A stretch of 64,000 bases of DNA from Fidelibacterota bacterium UBA6931 (GTDB taxonomy: Bacteria; Fidelibacterota; Marinisomatia; Marinisomatales; S15-B10): positions 54,270-118,269 of the forward strand of contig DKAH01000017.1 in the NCBI GenBank assembly GCA_002448795.1, written 5' to 3'. The notes under the pieces were generated by a model, which saw only the letters and a program-made list of their open reading frames with translations, made no database searches and was not told the origin of the DNA. The position numbers and the translations under genes were made by a program. Position 1 is the first letter of the stretch; each line of letters opens with the position of its first letter. This document shows, piece by piece, positions 1 to 7,337 of the stretch.

Positions 1-54
1 CTGAAAGCGGCAGAGAAGTTAAAAGTTTCGTCAGTTATCTCTATTCTCATTCGG

Positions 55-91
55 AAACCAAGGGTCACGACCGTGGTCTCTTTGGTTTTTT
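55..91 (+). terminator. Possible rho-independent terminator of a + strand gene lying upstream of the window
   Basis: Imperfect hairpin (CCAAGGG 58-64 pairing with CTCTTTGG 78-85) followed by T6 at 86-91. Confidence 0.35.
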
Positions 92-171
92 ATTGGAATT
101 GTGGCGGATAGGGCGGTTCCTTGGATCGTTGCTCAAACCGGTTCTTTAAGGCCAGTTTTTTCCCAACAATC

Positions 172-216
172 TCTCGTCGGTGCTCTCGTCGAAAAAACTT
201 GACATTACCGACGAGA
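172..216. promoter_or_regulatory. Operator-like inverted repeat bracketing the putative -35 of the mini-gene
   Basis: Perfect 9-bp inverted repeat TCTCGTCGG (172-180) / CCGACGAGA (208-216). There is an extra direct copy CTCTCGTCG at 183-191 and a related CCGTCGAGAAGAG at 231-243. Confidence 0.3.
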
Positions 217-228
217 AAGTGATAAACT
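199..228 (+). promoter_or_regulatory. Putative sigma70-type promoter for 282..506
   Basis: TTGACA at 199-204, an 18-nt spacer, then TG-n-TAAACT (220-228, extended -10 like). It lies about 55 nt upstream of the ATG. Confidence 0.35.
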
Positions 229-281
229 TTCCGTCGAGAAGAGTTTTAAAATTTCTCTAACTAAAAAAGAAGGAGAGAATC

Positions 282-506
282 ATGTCTGAAGTGGTCTCAA
301 GAACAGGTGTTTCGAAAGAATCCGGTTATCTGTACTACCTCGGAAAGGACGGCAATGTGTGGCGTTCTAAGATGGCACGTGCAGGAAAAGGTGGTGGCAA
401 TGCGGAAAAAGTCGCCGATGCCGGTGTATCGCGGGAGTCAGGCTATCTATACTACATCGATAAGAATGGCGATGTTTCCAGATCTCCCATGGCGAGAGGT
501 CGTTAA
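282..506 (+). CDS. Small basic protein made of two copies of a 25-aa GVS(K/R)ESGYLYY..K(D/N)G.V.RS.MAR unit; unknown family
   Basis: AGGAG at 271-275 lies 6 nt before the ATG. The repeats (aa 9-33 and 48-72) are 18/25 identical while their codons differ at many synonymous sites. A strong terminator follows directly. Confidence 0.6.
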   Translation: MSEVVSRTGVSKESGYLYYLGKDGNVWRSKMARAGKGGGNAEKVADAGVSRESGYLYYIDKNGDVSRSPMARGR

Positions 507-528
507 TAGCTGATTCTATCTGTCGACT

Positions 529-560
529 AAAAAACCCTCGGTCTCGGCCGGGGGTTTTTT
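529..560 (+). terminator. Rho-independent terminator after the mini-gene
   Basis: The 7-bp GC-rich stem CCCTCGG (535-541) / CCGGGGG (548-554) has a 6-nt loop. It is flanked by A6 (529-534) and T6 (555-560). Confidence 0.8.
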
Positions 561-629
561 GTATTGGGGTGAATCAAATTGCGCCGCTTAAATTAATCGG
601 AGAATATCTTGGTCACCTAGTGTGAGAGA

Positions 630-1262
630 TTGATGAAAATCATCTTAAGAATCCTGATCATTATTTCACTTTCTTACGGGCAAGTTGACTACAGTTCTCA
701 GGTCCAGCCCATATTCAATCAGGATTGTACCAGCTGTCACGGGGGTAGTGGAGGTCTAACTCTTAACTCTTATGAGGAGCTTATGAAGGGAGGGAATAGT
801 GGAGCAGTCATTGTGGCTGGGAACGCTACCAGCAGTCTTCTGGTGCAACGCCTCGATGGGTCTGTTACACCGAAGATGCCTCAGGGAGGCTCACTTCCAG
901 ATTCGACCATCGATCTCATCAAGCAGTGGATCAATGAGGGAGCCATAGAGGCTGTGTCTATCACCGAAGAAGAACTACTGCCTTTGCTGTTTGAGGTTGA
1001 TGGGAATTTTCCTAATCCATTCAACCCCCTTACCAGAATTGTGATCAGTTCCAGGACCAAAGTCGAAGGGAGGGCGATGATTACCACAGCATCGGGAACA
1101 GCTGTTTTCGACTTCGGCACGGTTCAGATGCACCCCGGAACGAATAGCCTCGTCTGGAATGGCGAAGACAATACCGGCCGGCGACTTGCATCCGGACCTT
1201 ATCTCTTTATCTTTAAGAACTCTGACCTCATCCTTTCGCACAGGATGATACTCTTGAAATAG
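630..1262 (+). CDS. Secreted c-type cytochrome domain protein (Planctomycete-cytochrome-c/PSCyt1-like) with a Por/T9SS-type C-terminal sorting domain
   Basis: Signal peptide; VQPIFNQDCTSCHGG..GGLTLNSYEELMKGGNSG..MPQGG..WINEGA with CXXCH at 726-740. The C-terminus has FPNPFNPLTRI...LASGPYLF...ILLK. An ATG at 633 is the likelier start. Confidence 0.8.
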   Translation: MMKIILRILIIISLSYGQVDYSSQVQPIFNQDCTSCHGGSGGLTLNSYEELMKGGNSGAVIVAGNATSSLLVQRLDGSVTPKMPQGGSLPDSTIDLIKQWINEGAIEAVSITEEELLPLLFEVDGNFPNPFNPLTRIVISSRTKVEGRAMITTASGTAVFDFGTVQMHPGTNSLVWNGEDNTGRRLASGPYLFIFKNSDLILSHRMILLK

Positions 1263-1292
1263 GTTTAGGATTTCCTTAACGCTAGTCTACAT

Positions 1293-1709
1293 ATGAAAAC
1301 CGAGGTTCGGTTCTTTTCCGCTCTGGTCAGTCTAATAATTATGTTTGGATGTATTGATATGGGAAGTGAGCCGAAAGAGGTCCCTCCTGATGGCTCTTCG
1401 GTTTTTGCGGATGACATTCAGCCCATTTTTGATATCAGTTGTGCCCTTTCGGGGTGTCATGTCTCGAGTGCCTTGAGACCGCCTGACTTGAGGGATGGGC
1501 AAAGCTATTTAGAGATTGTCGATGTTGAGTCGTCAGGTTTTGCGCCGCTTAAGCTCGTCAAACCAACGAAGCCTGAAGAATCGGTTATCTACTTGAAAAT
1601 TTTAGGCGATCAATCTACCGGTTCACGAATGCCTCCTGGCGGGACACTAAGTGATGCGAGCATTCTTGCCATACGCACGTGGATAGAGGCAGGGGCAAAG
1701 AACAATTGA
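1293..1709 (+). CDS. Lipoprotein with a PSCyt1-like domain carrying a variant CX4CH motif
   Basis: Lipobox MFGC (Cys20). IQPIFDISCALSGCHV (1440-1460) ... MPPGGTLS...IRTWIEAGA parallels the preceding gene. Confidence 0.7.
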   Translation: MKTEVRFFSALVSLIIMFGCIDMGSEPKEVPPDGSSVFADDIQPIFDISCALSGCHVSSALRPPDLRDGQSYLEIVDVESSGFAPLKLVKPTKPEESVIYLKILGDQSTGSRMPPGGTLSDASILAIRTWIEAGAKNN

Positions 1710-2815
1710 CGACGAACCGAAAACTGTTTTATTTAATCTTCGCAACCACGATTTCGTTCGAAATTTTGATAGCTATACCCCGGTTTGCCATCAAGGAAGG
1801 GTCGTGTAACACGTGCCATGTCAATCCCACCGGCGGTGCCCTCAGGAACGATTATGCCAATCTTGTTATATCCCCCGATGAGATTGCCATGCCTAAGACC
1901 GCCTCACTTGTTCAACTCAGCGATCCCGGGCAGCTGACTGATCATCTCCGAATAGGCGCCGACCTTAGAGCCCAGTTTATTTCAGACAGTGAAGAAGCGT
2001 CGTTTTTTCCCATGCAGGCAGATTTTTACGCCCATTATGATGTTGCTGGTTTTGCTGGAATCTATGTCGAATCTGAAGCTTTGCTTGGCACCACAGAATA
2101 CTGGTCGAATGTTTTTTTGCCGTTCTTGAACAGTTTTGTGAAAGTGGGGAAATTGCGTCCCTATTATGGACTGGGATTGGACGACCACACCTCATTTATT
2201 CGTGGAGGCAATATTAAGAGGACTAAGGGCCTGGTGAAGGAAGGACTTCCGTTCTCACCGATGCGCCCGCCGATAAACGGAGCCGAAATCGGATTCTTTG
2301 GTATGAACTACAGTGTGACGGGAAGCATCTCAAACGGTTTTCTATCCGGAGAATCTGCTGAGGCGGCTTTTCTCGGGCCACCGGGCAACAGAACTGTGGT
2401 TTTAAGAGGAGAACGGTCGATCTCTAGGGGCGAGATAGACGGATTTGTCGGGGCATCTTACCTGTCCGAAGGAGAGACGTTACTGCGGGGTATTTTCGGA
2501 GGCGTTGCCAGAGGCCCTTTACTGTGGATGGGTGAAGTGGATTTAATGACCGGTTGGAGCGGCAATGTAACAGGGATGGCATCTTACAGCGAATTTGCTT
2601 GGATTGTGAGGCAAGGCGTTCACCTGCTGGCAAAATATGATTTCATTGATGAAGACATCGAAGTGCTGGAAAATGCGCTTTCAAGATTCTCACTTGGTGT
2701 TGAACTTTATCCCTTCAGTTTTTTGGAGTTCAAGCTTCAAATAAGAAAGACTACGGTGGCTGGCGGGGGAACTTCTCCGGCCGAATTTCTCTTTCAAACT
2801 CATGCATGGTTCTAA
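1679..2815 (+). CDS. Candidate fused monohaem cytochrome c / outer-membrane beta-barrel (Cyc2-like architecture)
   Basis: Hydrophobic N-terminus, then CNTCHVNPTGG (CXXCH 1805-1819). About 320 aa of alternating amphipathic strand-like sequence follows, ending in the aromatic ...FQTHAWF. A TTG at 1706 overlaps the upstream stop (TTGA) and is a plausible true start. Confidence 0.6.
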   Translation: MDRGRGKEQLTTNRKLFYLIFATTISFEILIAIPRFAIKEGSCNTCHVNPTGGALRNDYANLVISPDEIAMPKTASLVQLSDPGQLTDHLRIGADLRAQFISDSEEASFFPMQADFYAHYDVAGFAGIYVESEALLGTTEYWSNVFLPFLNSFVKVGKLRPYYGLGLDDHTSFIRGGNIKRTKGLVKEGLPFSPMRPPINGAEIGFFGMNYSVTGSISNGFLSGESAEAAFLGPPGNRTVVLRGERSISRGEIDGFVGASYLSEGETLLRGIFGGVARGPLLWMGEVDLMTGWSGNVTGMASYSEFAWIVRQGVHLLAKYDFIDEDIEVLENALSRFSLGVELYPFSFLEFKLQIRKTTVAGGGTSPAEFLFQTHAWF

Positions 2816-2827
2816 GGAGGCAGACGT

Positions 2828-3190
2828 ATGAAAAAGTTTCTTATTGTTATGGTCGCAGTGACTGCCGTTCAATCAATTCGAGCGCAGAATGTGAAAAACC
2901 TTAAAGTTCTCTCCTTCAAAACAAAGAAGGAGACCATGGATTATATGAAGAAGACCATCGCGCCGTCTCTAGGGGTGAAATGTTCCTACTGCCACAATGT
3001 TCGCGATTTCCCATCAGATGGAAATAAATACAAAGAAATCACGAGAGAGATGATACTTATGACTGAGTGGATCAACAAGAATACGATCAAGTCGCTAAAG
3101 TATGAACCTGTTACCTGCTGGACGTGTCATCAGGGGAACATCTATCCACCGCGTTACAAGGGCGACAAGGGTGAAGGGGACAAAGATTGA
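2828..3190 (+). CDS. Small secreted dihaem c-type cytochrome (reaction-centre cytochrome c subunit-like, PF02276-type)
   Basis: Signal peptide; CSYCHN..DF.SD (2981-2995) and VTCWTCHQG (3116-3130). GGAGG lies upstream of the ATG. Confidence 0.75.
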   Translation: MKKFLIVMVAVTAVQSIRAQNVKNLKVLSFKTKKETMDYMKKTIAPSLGVKCSYCHNVRDFPSDGNKYKEITREMILMTEWINKNTIKSLKYEPVTCWTCHQGNIYPPRYKGDKGEGDKD

Positions 3191-4575
3191 GTATGGAGTC
3201 TATGTTTCCTGAAAAAGCGATACTGTATGCAGAGGAGAACAGCGGTCGTTTCCTTCAGGAGCTGAAGGAACTGGTTGCGATCCCTAGCGTGTCCAGTGAC
3301 TCGAACCATCTTGGCGATATGAAAGTTTGCGCCGATTTTGTGGAGGGTGCCATTTCAAGCATCGGATTTGATCGAGTGCAAATGGTGGAAACGAAAAAAC
3401 ATCCCATCGTTTACGGTGAGTGGCTCGGCGCCCCAGGCGCCACAACCGTCCTACTTTACGGCCATTACGATGTCCAGCCCGTTGATCCACTTGAGCTCTG
3501 GGAGACACCGCCTTTTGAAGCTTCAGAGCGGGACGGCCGTCTTTACGGTCGAGGTACAGTAGACGACAAGGGGCAGTTTTACCTTCATCTTAAGGCGATG
3601 GAGTCGTGGATGCGGTCGGCTGGTAGTCTCCCGGTAAACATGAAAGTGATCATTGAAGGTGAGGAAGAGGTCGGTAGCGAAAGCCTCGAACCGTTTCTTG
3701 ATGAAAATCGAGAAATGCTAGCGGCGGACGTGGCGGTCATTTCCGACACAAGCATGATCAAGAAGGGGTGGCCGTCCATCACCTATGGTCTCAGAGGGAT
3801 CGCTTATTTCCAGATCGGTCTGAAAGGGCCTTCTCAGGATCTTCACTCCGGTATTTTTGGTGGTGCGGTGAAAAATCCCATTCACGCCCTGATAGAAATC
3901 ATTGGCCAACTTAAGGATAAGAACGGCCGCATTGCTATTCCCGGAGTCTATGATGATGTTGTTGAACTTACATCTGAAGAACGCAGGGTTATGGCCGAGC
4001 TCCCTTTTGAAGAGGAGTTATTTCTCGATGAGGTGGGCGCTCCTAAGTTAAGTTGGGAAGATGGTTACACTCCCCTGGAGAGTTTATGGTGCCGCCCTGC
4101 CTTGGATGTAAACGGGATTTGGGGAGGGTTTTCTGGAGAGGGTTCCAAGACAGTGATCCCCTCAGAAGCCCACGCCAAGGTGAGTATTCGGCTGGTCCCG
4201 AATCAAGAGCCGGACATCGTCGGAAATCTACTAGAGACATATGTTCAGGAGATCGTTCCGCCTGAAGTGGAGGTTACGATACAGAGAATGCACGGCGGCC
4301 GCCCTTTTCTTGGAGATCTTTCTAACCCTGCCTTTTCCGCGGCGGGGAGAGCTCTGGAAAAAGGATTTGGCGCAAAGGCGGTCTATATTCGGGAAGGAGG
4401 CTCAATCCCATTCGTTCGGAATATGACAGAAACACTTGACTTGCCTTGTCTACTGCTCGGATTTGGCCTTCCCGGAGAAAACGCTCATGCCCCGAATGAA
4501 TGGATCGACCTTGAAAACTACGCCCTCGGGACACAGAGCGCTATTCATCTTTACCACGAATTGAGTTTGATGTAA
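3187..4575 (+). CDS. M20 family metallopeptidase (dipeptidase/deacylase-like)
   Basis: YGHYDVQP, GRGTVDDKGQ and EGEEEVGS motifs. TTG at 3187 or ATG at 3193. Confidence 0.85.
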   Translation: MSMESMFPEKAILYAEENSGRFLQELKELVAIPSVSSDSNHLGDMKVCADFVEGAISSIGFDRVQMVETKKHPIVYGEWLGAPGATTVLLYGHYDVQPVDPLELWETPPFEASERDGRLYGRGTVDDKGQFYLHLKAMESWMRSAGSLPVNMKVIIEGEEEVGSESLEPFLDENREMLAADVAVISDTSMIKKGWPSITYGLRGIAYFQIGLKGPSQDLHSGIFGGAVKNPIHALIEIIGQLKDKNGRIAIPGVYDDVVELTSEERRVMAELPFEEELFLDEVGAPKLSWEDGYTPLESLWCRPALDVNGIWGGFSGEGSKTVIPSEAHAKVSIRLVPNQEPDIVGNLLETYVQEIVPPEVEVTIQRMHGGRPFLGDLSNPAFSAAGRALEKGFGAKAVYIREGGSIPFVRNMTETLDLPCLLLGFGLPGENAHAPNEWIDLENYALGTQSAIHLYHELSLM

Positions 4576-4672
4576 GAGAGGTCTGAAAATCTTCAGCGGT
4601 GTTTTCCGTTTTCATTTAATCTTTTTTCTCGGCTCTATTCTCTGGCCTGAATTCGATGTCCGATCCCAACCG

Positions 4673-5881
4673 GTGGTAAGTACAATTACCATCGAAGGGA
4701 ATCACATCACTAAAGAATACATTATTCGAAGAGAAATTCAGCACCAATTGGATGTTCCCTTGGATTCGACCATGGTCAAAGCGGATCGGGATCGAATAGA
4801 TAATCTGTCAATCTTCACCAGTGTAAAGTGGGAAGCTGAATTACTGGATGACGGGTCCGTGGAGCTGGTTTTTGTTGTTATAGAAACCTGGCGGATTTGG
4901 CCAGGCGCAGCTCCTATGTATTGGGAAGATAAAGGTTGGTCCTTCTTCGGCGCGGTGCGTGTGCTCAACTTCAGAGGTCGAAACCAAGCATTCGCCATGG
5001 GTGGCGCGGTTGGGGCATTGGATATGTTTGGATTCCAGTTTTCCGATCCATGGTTCGCAGGTGATCACATCTCATTTTCGGGCGATATAGGTCGGGTGAT
5101 TTTCCAGCACCCTTTCCTGCCTTACGTCCAGATCACAGATTCATTCGAAGCGATTCTTGGCAGATGGTTTGGCTACAAATGGAAAGTGCGGGTAGGGTTC
5201 GAACTTGAACGTAAACAGTTCGAGGGTGAAACCGATACGCTCACATACAGTTATGTGGCACCCCAGGGGTCTGTTGCCTACGATACAAGAGATATCTACC
5301 GAGATCCGTCAGAGGGTATCTCTGTTCTTCAGCAGTTCTATGTCATGTTCCACAGTTCGGATTCAAATCGGAACCGATTGGTCTGGACACAAACTGTTGG
5401 TAGCTACTGGTCACCAGTTAAAGGGAAGAATAAACTGACTCTTGGATTGGGACTGATGTCCATTGCCACTTTCGGCGCCCTTGATGAGGTCTGGATCAAT
5501 TATTTTGGTGGTAGCTACAGTATCAGAGGTTGGTCAGTTCCATCTCGGGAGGATTTTCTAGACCCTGGCCACTCATTCCGTTTCGGAAACCAGGAATTGG
5601 TGTTTTCCGCGGAGGCACGAAAGACGATTGTATCTTCCTCCTCAGTTTCAGCTCTTTCATTAAATGCTGAGTACGGCCTGGCAGTCGTCGGATTTATCGA
5701 TGTGGGGGTTACTTCCTTAGAGCTTTCAGATCTTTTTGTGAGTGATCCGCTAATAGGAATGGGTTTCGGAATCCGCGTCCCCGTATTTGGGAGTTTTCTT
5801 CGCATAGATTATGGTTGGGCCTATTATGGCGGGAAAGCGTACGGAACTTCATTGAATATCGGTTCTGGACAGAAGTTTTAA
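4673..5881 (+). CDS. Omp85/BamA-TamA family outer-membrane protein with one POTRA-like domain
   Basis: ITIEGNHITKEYIIRREI is POTRA-like, and the beta-barrel tail ends ...GSGQKF. The in-frame upstream region (4571-4672) encodes a signal-peptide-like stretch without a canonical start (see findings). Confidence 0.75.
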   Translation: MVSTITIEGNHITKEYIIRREIQHQLDVPLDSTMVKADRDRIDNLSIFTSVKWEAELLDDGSVELVFVVIETWRIWPGAAPMYWEDKGWSFFGAVRVLNFRGRNQAFAMGGAVGALDMFGFQFSDPWFAGDHISFSGDIGRVIFQHPFLPYVQITDSFEAILGRWFGYKWKVRVGFELERKQFEGETDTLTYSYVAPQGSVAYDTRDIYRDPSEGISVLQQFYVMFHSSDSNRNRLVWTQTVGSYWSPVKGKNKLTLGLGLMSIATFGALDEVWINYFGGSYSIRGWSVPSREDFLDPGHSFRFGNQELVFSAEARKTIVSSSSVSALSLNAEYGLAVVGFIDVGVTSLELSDLFVSDPLIGMGFGIRVPVFGSFLRIDYGWAYYGGKAYGTSLNIGSGQKF

Positions 5882-5918
5882 CTTTCTTCACAGAATTCGC
5901 AGGTTAGCTGTCTCTGGG

Positions 5919-6563
5919 CTACCTCCGTCTAAAGACCAATACTCTTTCAAATCTCTTTTCGTTTCCACGGCGGAGGCGAGCAATATTATCTCGGTGTTTG
6001 AAGATGACAAAGAGAGGTACCACAAGTGTAAAGATCACAAACGATTGAGGTGCAGGTGTCAGTCCGGCCAATGGAAGCAGCAAGACTGAAATAGGTAAGG
6101 TTACGGCGGCAGTAATCGAGCTGAGTGAAACATAGCCCCAGATTCCGAAAGTTACACTGAACATTAAGAAGGATATGAATACCGCTGCCGGATAAAGTGC
6201 AGTCATCATGCCGGCGAGGGTAGCAATCCCTTTCCCACCACGGAATCGGGCGAAGATGGTGTAACTGTGGCCCAAGACAGCCGCACCGCCAGCAGCGATT
6301 TTAATAATTGTGATGTCTGTACCATCGCAGTTGCCTATGATGAGAGTCGGAACCCAAGCCGTCGCCAGCCAACCTTTCATGACGTCCACTACACCGACAA
6401 AGATACCCGCTTTTAAACCGATCACACGGATAACATTGGACATGCCGGCATTTCCACTTCCGTGTTCACGGATGTCGACTTTTCCGACTTTTTTCGCAAC
6501 AATAATGCTCATTGGCAGGGATCCAACTACATAGCTAATGATTATAATGATAAAAACTATCAT
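5919..6563 (-). CDS. plsY: Glycerol-3-phosphate acyltransferase PlsY
   Basis: GSLPMS...REHGSGNAGMSNV motif; polytopic membrane protein of about 210 aa. Confidence 0.9.
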   Translation of the reverse strand: MIVFIIIIISYVVGSLPMSIIVAKKVGKVDIREHGSGNAGMSNVIRVIGLKAGIFVGVVDVMKGWLATAWVPTLIIGNCDGTDITIIKIAAGGAAVLGHSYTIFARFRGGKGIATLAGMMTALYPAAVFISFLMFSVTFGIWGYVSLSSITAAVTLPISVLLLPLAGLTPAPQSFVIFTLVVPLFVIFKHRDNIARLRRGNEKRFERVLVFRRR

Positions 6564-6691
6564 GCAATAGTACGTAAAATATATTGTTTGTTATCTACTT
6601 TTTTTGATATTTTACGAGGAGTTTAAATACTAAATCGGTTCGGAAGATCTGTCTCACCCTCCTTAACCCCACGTTTCTTTCGGACTGATTC

Positions 6692-7300
6692 TTATTTTGG
6701 AAGGCTGGTAATTTCGTTTTCTTTAGGTGCCAGCATTCCCCCTGAAATAATCATCTTTAATCCTTCCTCAACAGTGAGTTTCGAATCGATGGCGTCTCCC
6801 CGTGGAATCATAACCATAACTCCAGAAGTTGGGTTTGGTGTGGTTGGAACGAACAGGTGGTAATAAGCTGTGCCATTTGCATCTTTGGATTCCCCGGTGA
6901 CAAAGGCAATGGTCCAGATCCCGACACGGGGGTAGCTGATGAGCACTGCTTTCTGAAAGGCCCGGTTTGAAGCGCCGGTGATTGATTGAGTAATCTGCTT
7001 TGCTGTGCCATAAATGGTGTTTGCAAGTGGGATACGACGAAGAAGAGACTCGCCGATGATGACCAGTTTTCTTCCGAGAAAGTTCGTTACGAAGATTCCG
7101 AGGAGATACATAAAAAGGAGTCCGATAATGACGCCTAGCCCAGGAATGTGGAAGGGGAGTAAAGGGTCCAGAATGGGTGCGGCGAAACTATCGAAAAAGT
7201 TGAAAAGGACTTTCAGTATCCAAATGGTAGCAAGGATAGGAGCAACAGTGACCAGTCCAGCCACTATCTTTCCACGGAGGTGTTTCAGTACGTGTGCCAT
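6692..7300 (-). CDS. DUF502 family membrane protein
   Basis: The N-terminal LRGKIVAGLVTVAPILATIWIL..FFD pattern and size are typical of DUF502. Confidence 0.65.
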   Translation of the reverse strand: MAHVLKHLRGKIVAGLVTVAPILATIWILKVLFNFFDSFAAPILDPLLPFHIPGLGVIIGLLFMYLLGIFVTNFLGRKLVIIGESLLRRIPLANTIYGTAKQITQSITGASNRAFQKAVLISYPRVGIWTIAFVTGESKDANGTAYYHLFVPTTPNPTSGVMVMIPRGDAIDSKLTVEEGLKMIISGGMLAPKENEITSLPK

Positions 7301-7337
7301 TGTCGTTTGTTTAAGTTAATCAGTTGATCCGAATCGA

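Noticed and set aside
307-513. 68-aa ORF in an alternative frame overlapping the 282..506 mini-gene
   Set aside because: It has no SD. The repeat structure and the synonymous-site divergence are only meaningful in the 282 frame, so this looks like a frame shadow.
1679-1705. N-terminal extension MDRGRGKEQ of the cytochrome-barrel gene (GTG 1679)
   Set aside because: It overlaps the upstream gene by 31 nt and adds a charged segment before the signal peptide. TTG 1706 in a TTGA overlap is more plausible, but I cannot decide without homolog alignment. The ORF-track coordinate is kept in the feature list.
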